Assembly: GCA_964247055.1 (NCBI GenBank) | Contig: OZ176052.1 | Coordinates: forward strand, 6,634,001-6,698,000 | DNA length: 64,000 nucleotides | DNA from: Paragordius varius | Taxonomy: Eukaryota > Animalia > Nematomorpha | Direction of reading: 5' to 3' | Shown here: positions 23,976-37,900 of the stretch, piece after piece | Numbering within the stretch: position 1 is the first letter of the stretch | Layout of the letters: every line of letters begins with the position of its first letter | Made by a program: the position numbers and the translations under genes | The notes under the pieces: generated by a model | The model's input: only the letters and a program-made list of their open reading frames with translations | The model's database searches: none | Told to the model about the DNA's origin: nothing

Positions 23976-26579
23976 CAGAATAAGTTAGAATATTTGTTTT
24001 CTGTTTTCATATGTTAAGCAAAATGGAATCCCCGGATAAATTTCGATACAGTTTGAAGTTTGAAAATCTAGATGCCACAAAATTTTGATTAAACTCTTCT
24101 TATAGAGTAGTGAAGATTTTTATTTAACCTTGCCATCGTTTGGAAATGCCGGTTTTACACATCCATTCGTGGTCGTATATAATAAATATATTAATATTCA
24201 TAATAATCTAAATTAATGGTATATATTAATAAACGAATATTTTATTTGTATAAATGGAATATATATGACAAAACGGAGGGAAGATACAGTGCAAAACAAA
24301 ACTTTGGACTAATTAAATTAATTATTTTCCTATCCAGAAAAAAGTTTATAGGGAAAAATAATTATCTAATATTTTTGAAGAGTAAATTTATCTTTTATTT
24401 GGATTAATAATAGCTTCTTGCTAAAGATGTTAACTCAGATATAATTACATTAAAATTGCGATTATGGATCGTAGAATATATAAAAAAGTTTGATATATAA
24501 AAGTAACATTTATCACGAGAATATATACAATTTTTATCCTTTGTAAATTAATAAAAAAGCTATAAATTTTCAGAGTTATAAAAAACCTTCAGTTTGTATA
24601 CTTTTTAAATATATCTTGTTGTTATTACGTAATAATTATATTTATATTGCTAAATGTGGCAACAAATTATATTTAAAATGCACATAAATTAAAATGGACT
24701 CACAATATAATATTTGTTACTTTGTTATCAGTAGATTAGATTCAATTTGTAAGACAAATTATAATCTTGTGAGCGCACACTAAATCAGTAGGGAAAACCT
24801 AATGATTTTTATTTCCAGCCATAATATTATTGAAAAATAATAATTAAAAGGCCATTTATTTCTCATAATATGCCTTTTTCCATTATTTTACGTCTTAAAT
24901 GGCATGTGTTTCGCCTTTATATGTATAATATATATCACTATTATAAAATATTGTAAAACACATCGTTATTTAAATATATATTGCGATATTATATTTCTGT
25001 TTGAAGATACTCAAAAATAAGTTAAAATAAATAAAGGCCATGAGAATAAGCCGTTTACAAGACGAAATTTATCGTGAATTGACTTATAAAAAAATAAAGC
25101 TAATGATTTTCTATTAAACGTTCCAAGCTTTATATATATATAAACCTATATTTGTAATCCGCTATAGATGAATTTCACGTTATTTTAATAAAGTCGCGCC
25201 AGAAAATATTTCATTAGAAAGCAAGGATTAGCCATTGAGAAAATTTTTTTATTATTCTTTTTTAATACTAATCTTTGTTAAAATTTTAGCTTAAATTGGA
25301 CAACAGTTGAATCTAATTAAATTGAACAAGCAGTTCGTAACTGGATATTTTAATTTTATTTTAAAAAGTTATTTCCTTAAAATCATAGTTTTGATATATA
25401 TGATTATATTTAAATTTCAATGAGTTTTCATATTCATAATTTACGGTAACGTAACAAAATGATATAATAACTTTGTTTATATACAAAATTATTAAATTTT
25501 AAATTTTGTTGGATTATCTCAATATCCTTATTGAAATTAAAACCCATTCTACAATATGTTTGATAAATAATCTAAGAAAATGATCAATTACATATTATTT
25601 ATTTAAAAATAATCTCAGTTTTATTTATGTTTATATTTTTTAATTGGATAGTTACGAAAATTACCCGTATATCTTGATTCTCGGTTGCTTGCCTGTTAAA
25701 TATTTTGTGTAAAATAAATATCCACCTGAATCCCTCTGAATCCAAATTATATATAATCAAGTTTTTAATAATTCATTGCCATAAGTCTAACTTCTCCTTC
25801 AAATATCAATTTGTTGAAAATTATCAGTGAAATGTGATTTTAGCTTTCAAAAACAGGCCAAATTAAGAAGTCATTGCGTTTTATTAAAAAAATGGATGTT
25901 CCTTATTTACTGAAAATCATGACCCAAATCAAAGTAGTGATAAAGCTCACCAATGAAATGATCATTCTTGGATTAAACTTCTATAAAGAAACCCTTTCTT
26001 TCGCTTTTCAGTATCTATAACAAAATATTTTTGGTTTAATGATTATTTAGCATTTATTTTGATATTATTTAATAATTTGTTTTTTGTGCAATTTGTAGTA
26101 GTTATTAAATTTTAAAATATAAAGGGGTACAGAAACAAAAATTCATAGATATAACTGTACAATGGTTGTAATATAAAAAACCAATAATATGGATTAAATT
26201 TAATTTAATATCACATTTATAAAATTATTTGTTTACGCTTCCATTCAACATATAAACGAAGCAGCGACAAATTATAAACAAACAGAGAGGACAGTAATTC
26301 TCAATTTAAATTAACTGTTAAAATAAAGCCATTTGCTAATATTATTATATAGTTGGTAGTGTCTGGGTAATTTTTTTGTAGTCCTATTCATAATAAAACA
26401 CACATAAAGTTATTTTATAACTTTTTTTCAAAACTTGTCCTGGTGTATTTCAAAGTGCAAATTAAATTATTACATATAGATTGTGAATCCTTCGAAAACC
26501 ATTCTGTAAAAGTCATTTCATTTTGAGTTTAAAAGGTAACTTTGTGAATTAGATTACATTACATAATTAAAAAAATTCG

Positions 26580-26960
26580 CACCGACAATTAATTTAAAAT
26601 AAAAAATAAAAATGCGCAAAATAATGACATAAACAAAAACTAAACTGAAAATTATATAAAAATTAAATTAAAAATTAAATTTTAAACTCAAAAGACTAAA
26701 TGATTTGTGAAACCCTTCGTCAATACTAATCTTAGATGCATATATACAAAAAATGCAAAGTTGGATATAAGTACAAAATTGATATGTGAAAACACCAAGT
26801 CAAATAGTTGTGGCGTACTGATGAGTGCTAACAAGCACGTAACTAGTCTGCGATTACTAATGAGGAAGGGTTTCATATGATCTTTGGTAATTTCGGTTAA
26901 AAATTAAATTTTCAGTTTAATTTTTATTTTATTTTCATTTTAATTTTCGTTTACATCATT
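26580..26960. mobile_element. Fold-back MITE-like element with nested inverted arms
   Basis: Inner arms TGATTTGTGAAACCCTTCGTCAATACTAATC / GATTACTAATGAGGAAGGGTTTCATATGATC, plus AT-rich outer inverted arms. Confidence 0.6.
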
Positions 26961-27263
26961 ATTTCACGGATTTAACACTGTTAATAAAAAAATAGGCTTG
27001 GTCAAATTAATAAAGTCTCGCTCATAAAAATTATTTAGATGGACTAGAAGATTAAAATTTGAAAATTTAATTACTTTTAAATCAAAAGACTCTTGGCTAT
27101 TTAAATGGGTATAAAAGTGATTTATTTCAGTTTAAGATAAAGGTCATTTACTAATGATATTGTATTTAACGGTTATTAAGCCAAGGAAACTTGGTACAAA
27201 ATGATGTTTTTATGACTAGAAGTTGGGGATTTATCCTATAAAAATAAAAAGTTTTAAAGTGAA

Positions 27264-27410
27264 GGCGTTATGGTAGAATTGATAAGGCATCGGACTCCTA
27301 AATTATAAGTGAAAATGTGCTAGAGTTCGAATTACGAAATGCACATACTTTTGTACTCGCTGTAAGCCCTGGGCATGAGAATATTAGGCCTTTAAGGGCC
27401 TGCAACTAAA
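27264..27410 (+). mobile_element. tRNA-derived SINE-like repeat or tRNA pseudogene, copy 2
   Basis: A-box-like TGGTAGAATTGATAAGGC, a CT-CCT-AA loop and B-box-like GAGTTCGAATT. The anticodon and acceptor stems do not pair. The tail is shared with the copy at 5185. Confidence 0.45.
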
Positions 27411-30400
27411 TTAAGTTTTAAAGCATAATAACGGGTCCAGCTTGAAAATGGAGTCATACTTACCAAAAATATATTAGGGTATGATTGGTAACAGTTATAT
27501 TAAATAAATTACAGCGAATTTAAAAAAATTAAAATCTCACAATTTATTTATATAAAAAATTTTATACCATTATTTTGTAATGAAAATTTTTGTCCAGTTA
27601 TTTTAATATGCGGCCGAAGTTTTTTAAAAAACATCAGTTCTTTCCCATTTATGTTTTATCTATATATTTTAGATTTTTACGGAACAAATAAAGTCATAAT
27701 TATTAGTTTGTCAAACTGATAATTAGCAATTTTTCATTTATATGGCGTAATACCCACAAATTATATTTTGGTTTCTAAAAAAGCCTGATTTTCTCTATGA
27801 AAATTTATTCCTCTAAACATAATTAACCTCATCACACTCTGTGCATATACAATATACTTATATTTAAAACCTTGATGAATTCCTGACTGCACCTTTAAAC
27901 GCTTCTACAAAAATTGCCAGCCAGGAAATCTATATTCACCACGTCATAAAATCAGTATAAAATTAATAAAATTGTAAAAACGGTAAAAATTCAAAGTTTT
28001 TTAATCGGTTGTTATATAATTTGGATCCATATATTCCGCCAAACAAAATTTGTTTATTTTAATATTCTTTCAATTTGTATATAGTATTTTGGGCATTTAT
28101 AGCATATTACCACTATAGATGCGTCGCTGTTTACGTTTTAAGTATTTCAAAAATATATAATATATTGTGTAATTTAGAACATTTGTAGGATATAATTGAG
28201 GCTTTTCTGCCAATTCAGTTATTTCCTGCTAAAGGTTCTATAAGAAACTAATTTATGTCAATAACTTGTGCTGTTTGTACAAAAACTAAACCACTTTTAG
28301 CAAATATAAAGCTTAAAAAATATATTTTTTACCAATTACAATATCCAAGACCCCACATACGCAGCTATAAACAAATCAGTAAGTGTAGTCCGAAAAAAAA
28401 TAGCTGATATGGTCACTTAACCAAAGGTTGAATGATAATCACAAACACCAGAGTAGGATACCTACACTTCATCTTTTTTTCATATCAAGCGAGGGTTTAT
28501 AATTTTTGGCGTTTCTTAATTTGTAGATAAAGATTAAATTGAAATTATAATGTATATATGTAGCTAACCATTGTTGTTTAAATTTGGAAATATTAAATTT
28601 TCATCATCTGTTCATGGATCAAAACGTGTTTATGCATTTATAATTAAATTAAATAAAATCTAATATCGAAAGCAATGACGTAATTTAATATTCCTTGCAT
28701 CAGATTTGCATCTGTTTAATTCCCCTAATTTAATATAATAGTTGTAATTGGTAAACATTCTTAAAATGAAGCATAGTATTCAGGATAATAATTGTGACGA
28801 AAGTCAGAGTTGGGAACCAATTACAATTATACGGCATTTAAAAAAATAAATTATAAAAGTCACTAACAGTTATTATAAAATATATTTTTACTCTTGTCAA
28901 AAATTTCAAATACAAACTTATCCGATTTAGGAAATGTAAACGGCCACCATCGAATTAAATGGTATGTGCTTTCTAGAAAATTGCTACTGTGTCACTATTT
29001 CCAATGCACTTTTATAAAGTATGACTTTATTAAGAGTGTATTGTTAAAACCCACATCTATTTGCATTTATGAGAGAAACACCTAAAGGCATGATGAGTGC
29101 ATGTCATGCGCTTCTCGAAACTTTCAAAAATAGGCATTGATTCGTATCCTTTAAAAAAACAATTGAAGGGGTATGTGGTGCACTCAAGGGTTTATCATCA
29201 ATAAATAGTTATAATTGATTCAAATGAGCCCAGGTCTTTTCCGAAATGTTTTAAAGTCATTACATTTTAATGATATTTACAAAGGGGTTTTTTAAAAAAG
29301 TCTATCATAAATATTTGTCATACGGAACCCATTTTATCCATGTGGTCTCCTAAACTTTTAGAACTATTATATCAAAAAAATATTTTTGAGGACCTCAAAA
29401 AGCTTTTACGGATATGGGGGCGCGATTAAAAACCAATTAAAATAAGGCTTTAAGGCTCTCCTAAAAAAGATAATATAAACCATTCGAACTAATAAATTTT
29501 CAATTTCCGTCATAACAAATGTATCTTATAGATCAAAGTGTAAAACTAAGTCCATGGGCTAGTTTCAAAAAGATTCCATCTTTTCAGATTTTTAATTAAA
29601 TAAATGGTCATTATTGAATTTAACATTGGTAGATTCATTTTTGTACTTATATTTTCTCTAAACATATTACCTAGTTGAAGGTTAGGAGTTTATGTAAAAG
29701 AGCTATGACATGCTCTTAATATTCTAAAACAAACACTATACAACAAATTTTTCTACCGCTCGAGTTTTTTGCATTTTCTGATATTTACTATAATTTTAAC
29801 AGTGAATCTATAAAGGTTATAATATGACTTTTTATGATTATGCGCTCTCTTTATCAAAATTTTATTAAAAATGTTTTTCTTAGAAAAATAACAAATGATC
29901 ATTTGTAATATATTATTCGAAAAAGTAATGAAAACTCTATAAAATGCATACTAATATGTTTTACATCGATAGTTAATATTGGACATAGGAAGCGACAAAC
30001 GCGCGAAGTGAGAGCGTTTTTCTTAACTAATATATAAAACTAATGGATAAACTCAAACTTTGTCCAGATGGCAATAAATGTCTAAGAAATATAACAAGAG
30101 AATAATTTTTTTATCAAAACACTTTTATTTGTGTCATTCACAACAAGCATTTTGAATTTGTTTTTTTTTAAAAATTACCCACATTAATATTAACTTTTTT
30201 CTTTAAAAGGCTTATAATTTCACAATTTCACACTAAAAATATAGTTTTAAGGTATTCTTGATCTATAGCCATTATGTAAAAAAATTTACAGTCATTACTA
30301 TGGGATTTTAGTATCTAAGTATGATAATTATAATAATGATTTTTTAAACCAAAAACTTTTAAAAAAATTTAAAATTTTATACTAATATAACCCTAATAAT

Positions 30401-31999
30401 TATATTAAAATAATTTATATAATTTTTTAATTAGTTTGTGTATGAAAATTTTTGACTTATTTATGGGTTGAAAATTTTGATCATATAAACCCAAATAATT
30501 TTAACATATAATTGATTTAAATGACTAACTACCATTCTAAAGATTCATCTTTCTCGCTCCGAATAATATAAAAACCATGTCTCTATATCCAAAACTTTTG
30601 TTTTGAAAATTTCGAGTTTAATGTTAAATTCGAGCCAAAAAATTTTGATACCTAATAAAAATTTTTTAGATGTAGACCAATATTTGTTGATATACTATTT
30701 ATGTACTTTAATGATAAAAATTTTTAATTTACAAGACTGGCACTTAATAAAGTTAAAATTTGTTGTCAAGTGCTATTTTCAAATGTAGATAGGCCTTCAT
30801 ACATAAAGAAACTGTTGAGTTATTGTCGCATGAAGAAAGGGCTGTGTCTCGGGTGTAATAATTTAATAAATACTCCCGTTACTCTGCACATTAGTTAATA
30901 GAACTTGTTCTTAAATTTGTTCCACAAGTGTCGTTTATATCAATCCCACCCAAGAATGGGAGCTCAGGGATAATTCAAATAAGACTCTGTTACGCTATTC
31001 GAATTAGTAAAAAATATGCTTTTACTGAATTTAAACTAGCCTAGAGCTTTTCTTTTAAATTTTCGCATAAACACATTTTTTTGTTCAAATAGCCTATTTT
31101 TACGCAAAGCGGCTCGTTCATTAGGATTAAAAAAAATCTCTACCTTCTTGCCAATTTTGTTAATGAAATATGATGGGATCAATTATGCGGATATGGGGAC
31201 ATACGCCTTCCGGAAATTCGGGGCTTTCATTGATATTAAAACTTTGCAATATTTTTAGGGATAAGTTCTATAGTAAGAAAAAAAATTAAATTAGCTGAAG
31301 TAATTGGGCTTAACGAATAGCAGATGATAAATATTTTTCATGGTTTGAACCTTACGTTTTCAAATTCGTTTAAAAACCAAAAATAATTCAGTTCCAACTG
31401 TCAAATGCATGGTCTTTTATCCAAAACTATTTAACGAAGGTGGGTGATCATATATGCAATAAAAATAATTTGAATTCATTTTTAATATAAAATATTCCTT
31501 TGTTATGATAATTACATGCTAAATTTAATTTTTTTAGGCCACAATTTATAAACAAGGTTTTGTTTTTATTTATATACATCATATTTTGTATTTACACAAA
31601 AATAAAATACAAAATTTACAGGTGAGCTATATTGCGTAAAAACATTTTTGGTTTGCTTTATATTTAAAATACTTTTTTGACGGTAATTCATTTATCGGTG
31701 CATTAATATCCAATAACTATAAATTATATTTTAAAATTATTTTTAATAATTATTCAATTGCAATATTTTTTAAATATGGATAACAAAATTAGGAGGCGCT
31801 TTCATGACCATATTAACAATATTAATGCGTCTTACGAAGGGCAAAAAAATGATTTTGGGAACTCCCACATATTTAAACAAGTGCGATCGCAACATACTTA
31901 TATTATGGAACCAAAGTTAATTTATATATTGATTTTGTTTATACCACTTACTTTTTTCATAAATTATTAAAATATTCTTTATTGACTAGAGTTGGAAAA

Positions 32000-34900
32000 A
32001 TGAAAAAGTTGAATATATTTTTTATATTCGTCTTCATTATCCTCTTTATCGTTCTGACATTCGCTGTGGTCATTCTATTCTTACCTGATGTTATTCATCC
32101 TGTGGCATATAGGTAAAAATATTTTTCTAAAAAATTTGTTTAATTAAAAATAATTACAATGGACCCCCTCCCATATTCACCCCTCTAATTAGCTTTCTTT
32201 ACACTTTATGAGCTTTTCGGGTGGTTTTATCCCACAGGGCCATTTAAAATTTAATTATACTAAAAAATATTTTTAGCATTGGGCCAAATTTAATGCTTTA
32301 AACCAGGGCTTGGAGAACCGGAAAATTTTTAAAATTTTAAGAACCTTTTTGGAACATGTTCCAATTTTTAAAAAAACCGGTTCTGAAACCGAATAAAATT
32401 AAAGAACAGGAACGGGAACCAGTTAAAATTAAGAACCGTTTTATAACCGGTTCTGTTTTAGAGACCAAGATTTTAAATTTTTTATAACAAAGCTTTAGGT
32501 TCTTTATAAAAAACTAAATACGATTGATATGCTTTTTTTTTCTTTGCATCCTTTAAATTAGGTTATTTTTGTAATTAATGAAGGATATAAAAACCAGTTT
32601 TTGAAGTATTTTAAAGTGCGAGAAAACAGCAAATTTCTCAAATGTTGATCATAAATAAAAGGATAACACAACAATAATTTAACACTCCATTACCTTTTGA
32701 GGTAAAGGTAATTATTATATCCCTGAGCGATTTGAATTTGAATATCTTATAAGTATTTAAGGTGTTAAGCCGAGTTTAAAAATATTTCTTTACATTAAGC
32801 AAAAAAATGCTCATTTCAAACTGCCGCCATTTTTCTCCTATATTTTTTTCGCTAAAGCAACAGGCAAATAATGTATATTATGGTTAGGAAATGTAAATAA
32901 TTTACTTAAAAAAGCTTTTAGGCTACATTATACCAGCAAAAACTTGATGTATTTTTATTTTAATATTAGCTGTTCGTTTCTTATTTTGGAGCTGTGCCAA
33001 TTTTAGACTCCAACAAAAGTGTAAGCTATTTTATCTAATACATGAAAACAATGTCTGATAATTAATTTTAACTAAAATAAATTTCAAAACTGTAGGTTAT
33101 TTACAAAATTGCTCTGGGATATACTACCCCAATATGTAAACTAGTACAAAAAAGGGAAAAAGTAATGGAATGTTAATTATGTATGTGAATTCGCGACGTT
33201 TTAAATTACGGAAGATTGTTAAGAACCGGTTTTATTCTGCAGAGAACCGGTTCTAGAACCAAAAAAATGCGAGAACGGAACAGTTTTGAAATTTTAACCG
33301 TTTTAGAACAGGTTTTACTTTTAAAACAAACGGTTCTAGAACCGAAAAAATGTTAAGAACCCTAACCGGTCAGTTAAAATTTTAACACCGTTTTGGAACC
33401 GGTTTCAAATTTAGGCTTGAGTTCCAAGCCCTGCTTTAAACCTTTTAGGCGCATAATAATCTTAAACTTTTTTAGCGCCATTGTTTTCTTTAAATTTTTT
33501 GATATCGGTAATATAGGCAATTAATAAATATTATGGTTGGTAAACTCAAATTATTAATTTAAGCAGCATTCAAGTTACGTTTTACCAGCAAACACCTGAT
33601 ATTTTTTGTTTTGAATCAGCTGTTTATTTCAATCTTGTTTTGAACCGAATTCAATACTATAGAAGTTAGAAACCGAAATCTAAGGTATTTATCTAATACA
33701 GGAGAAGAGGGTTTCATAATTAAATTTTTACCAAAATAATTAGTTTATATACTACTGGGCAGAAAACTACTCAGAAATATCGTCGCCAAATGTAATGTAG
33801 TATTAATATAAACTAGGTCTATAAAGCTATGATAGTCAGTAGTATATACTCTCTCAAAAACTCATCAGCTTGTGAATATTTTCATTAAAAAACTAAAATT
33901 TAATTTTGATATTTTAAAATATATTTGTGGAATTACGTAAGATATATTGAAAAAAACGGAATATTAATTAAAGTTAAAAAATACAATTTTAAAACTAAGC
34001 CATGTATTTTCCCCCTTTAATAGGGTATGAGGGGATCAGCTTCTTATGACGCTAGTCCTTTGTAAAAGCTCCATAATGTGCATTGGCTTTTACGTTGGAG
34101 GAACAAATGTGTCTTCTAAATTCTATGCCTCCGCGTTTAATTGAAAATCATAAAAACCATTAATTATAAGTCAAATATATTTTTATTTTGTAATATATTA
34201 ATGAGTATTTAAAAGTAAAACAAAAAATTATGCGAAATGTCATATTGGGATATTAATATTTGTAAATTTACCAAAATAAATCTATATCAGAAAACCTCAG
34301 ATCAAATCTATATTTTTACTGTGTATTGATATTTAAACTTTCAAATGTTTCCAAATTCTCATATTTTTGACCCTTCTAAATTATAATATAAGTAAAAGTT
34401 ATTCTTAACCTAATAAATATAAGTTTTTATTTTTATATGGTATTTTTTTGATATTTTTGACTATAAAAAGTTTTCACAAATATAATTTATAGCTTCGATG
34501 GAGAAAGACCATCTCTCAAAGGCGTATTACAGCCAAATGATATTTTAATGCATGTTGAACGAAAAGGTGGAAACATTTTGTATGGTCCTGAATCCTTTGC
34601 TACATCAAACGGTTAAATACTAATGATAGATTTTAAAAACAGTATAATAGTTAAATTTTAAAAAAATTCATTAAACTAATTGTCGAAAAATGGAGACGCA
34701 TTCTGACTCTTTTTGAGAATGATTTATAAATTAATATTCGTTCTTGGACTAATATACTTAATTAAATAATTTTGCAAATATGTTTGAAAAATAGATTTTA
34801 AAATTTTTATTTTGGACTCATTATGAGGGCTTTAAAACATCAATAAATAGTAAGTTAGTGGAAGTTATACTCAACATTATTATGAATTAACAAAAGCTTT

Positions 34901-37900
34901 GTAAAAAATTGAATTTAAAGCAGGGGTTTTCAACATGCGGACTCGAGACGTTATGAGCTGCCCGCCAAAAAAATTGGAATATAATTTACAATAATGTGCA
35001 TATAATCTTAGCGAAACTGATATTTTGAACAAATATCTCGAATATGTCCATCCAATTGGCTACGAACTAAAAAGAATCGTTATATATTGTTTGCATTTTA
35101 CAGTCGTTAAATCTAATAAAATATTAATAATGCCCATATATATAAATGCTGCCTGCCGGTTTTTGAGCTAAAAATGCGCCGCAAAGCCATTTGTGTTGGA
35201 CACCTCTGGTTAAAGCTGTTAAAGGCTCATTATGAGTGGGATCACTGTACAAATAAATATGTACATGATAGTTTAAAATTAATATATTTTTTTAAAAATG
35301 TATTAATTTTATGTTTGATTTAATAGGGCGTATTTTTACCACCACCAAAAAAGGAGTTTTTGAGATTTCCCCGACCATAATACCCAAATTTGCGGCTAGA
35401 ATAGGCCATCCTCCTTGCGGTAAATAATTTAGAAATTTTTTATTTTATATGTGAGAGGCATGAGTATTGATATTTCATTTATTTAAATCCTTTAGGTTTG
35501 TGAATCTCTAATTAAATATCAAATAAATATATTATGGTTAAAAATAAATTTTATTTTAAAATGCATTTATCTAAAATTTAACTGCAAATTTAAATGTCTC
35601 AAAAATCAAAACTACATGGCTCAATATCCGAATCATGACCCTTATCCGATGTAGAATTTTTAGTTTTTTATTTAATATTATTTAACTCGATTCTACGGGT
35701 ATATATTAATAATTGGTAATAATTATATTTTTAAATTTTTAATTGTTTTTGGCTCATTGTCAGGGCTAAAAAATACACATAAACTAGTAATGAGAAGTAT
35801 CAACTTTATCTCAGATATATACGAGATAAAAATAATTTTATTTGTTAATTTTTACTTTTTTCTCGTATTTTAAGTTTTTATGTAGTTTTTTCATGGAAAA
35901 ACATCTATTCATTTTGTTGTCCAATGACACATTATATTTTAATTATTTTTCAATCACTTAAGAGACAAGTCATGATGAATTCAAGTGTGGAAGACCGCTA
36001 GGATTGACCACAGATTATGATGGTTTAATTTATGTTGCCGACGCTTATTTAGGAATCTTCACAATCAATCCCAATAATTACAGTATGATTTTATGGGCGT
36101 TTTTTTAGTATATCAGGTGTAGTCATAAATCTTTACCGATTTTTTGGTAAAAAATATGTGACATTCTGCAAGTTAGTTTTCAAAATAAACTAAATCCTAA
36201 ATAATCCTATTTTTAACAAAATGTTTTAAAATTCCAGCGTAAAGGTCTTATATAGAGACAAAACGTAAATAACATATTTTTTATAAAAACAACCAATTTA
36301 TAAAATTTCGATTTTCAAAAACGTTTTTGTTACAAAATGGAATAAAACTAGCAATGCATATTTACTCATACTTAGTCTAAATCAGTGATATTCTCCAAAA
36401 GAAATTCAGGGGCCCCAAAAAATATTTAACTTGTCTCAAGAGCCATGCACCTATCATAGCGATATTCATAGTTGCTTGACTTATTTATGCTTAAATAAGT
36501 ATATTAACATTTCATAAATAATTCTGGGCTAGAAAAAAAAACACTTTTAGGATAGCTTGAGTATTACTGCTGTAAATTGTTTATACGCTGAAATACACAC
36601 TAAAAAATGAAATTGTAAGGACAAAAGGTAAAAATTTAAAGACAAATATTTCTAAAAAACAACCATATTTTTAATTATTTTATATATTTAACTAATTGAT
36701 CAAAATGGCAAGGTGGGTGATATATATTATTAGCACATCTATATTATGCAATTGTAATTAAATAGCTTATATCGTTTAGTATAGTTCTCTTTTTTGTTAA
36801 AAAATATTTGTCTTCATCTTTTTATCTTTTATCCGTATATATCAATTTCTACTGTATAATTAAAAAATAATTTATGTAGGAAAAGGTCTCAAAAAGTATC
36901 GCTGTCCTAATAATAAAAATATTCTTTGAAACATTTTGTGTATAAATTTAGTTTCACTCATAATATATTTTATTATGTTTGTTAGGTGATGTTCATATAA
37001 TTTTTGACAAAACACAAATGGATACATATGGATTGAAATTTCTCAATAGCATACAAATATCTAATAATGGCATCATCTATTTTACATCAAGCAGCTCAAA
37101 ATGGGAAAGAATTAATTTTATGAAAGCTTTATTGGAAGCAACTCCCGACGGAAAGTATTAATTATTTTTTGGGTCAATTTATACGGTGCGCATTATTAAG
37201 ATGCCCTATCTTATCATTTTCGTTTAAGTTTTTTTTAGCTCTAGACTGGAAGAATGAGATTACCAACTTAATAATAAAATTTATGAAATTACAATTTATA
37301 ATTTTGATATAATCCCATCAACACTTTATTAATTAAAAATTTTATTAAAATACATTTTGGGTTGTTTTTGTCCGAGGATTTAAATTTGTATAAAAATTTA
37401 TTTTTATTAAATATATTTGTCCAACTTTATGTTTACTTTTGCAACTTTTATAGTCTGATAGTTCCCAACCCAATACAGCTGATAAAAATAATCAAATAAC
37501 CAACATTTGCTGGCAAATTATGATCGTTTTTATTTAATAAAAAATTTTTAACACTATCTTAAAAAAATGTAATATGCCTTTAAGGTGATAGATTTCTTCT
37601 TTTTGAATTCAGCCCATTTTTAAATATAATTTAAGAATATATATTTGAAATCACACTAGGATCGACAACTATCCCAATAAAATATTGAAGCTTTCCATTC
37701 AATAACTTATTTTTTATAAAGTTTTTATTGCTGCTATGATATTTTTAATTGCACATGATAAAAAAATAAAAATTTATCTTTTAGAGTTTGCATGTATAAA
37801 CCCGTATCAAATCATTTGACTGTTCTTGTTACTGATTTAATATTTCCAAACGGTTTATTACTCAATCCAACTGAAGATTTTTTGCTCATCTCCGAAACTG

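Larger units (their letters stand above)
32201..33800. mobile_element. Older piggyBac-like MITE copy, interrupted by the hAT element
   Basis: The sequences left (about 32201-32295) and right (about 33442-33790) of the hAT element join into a diverged copy of the 15946-16440 family. Confidence 0.55.

Noticed and set aside
25680-26030. Possible decayed gene with several TGA codons
   Set aside because: No frame is sustained on recount, and nothing recognisable is encoded.
27264-27340. Functional tRNA-Arg(CCT) gene
   Set aside because: The anticodon and acceptor stems do not base-pair; kept only as a SINE or pseudogene candidate.
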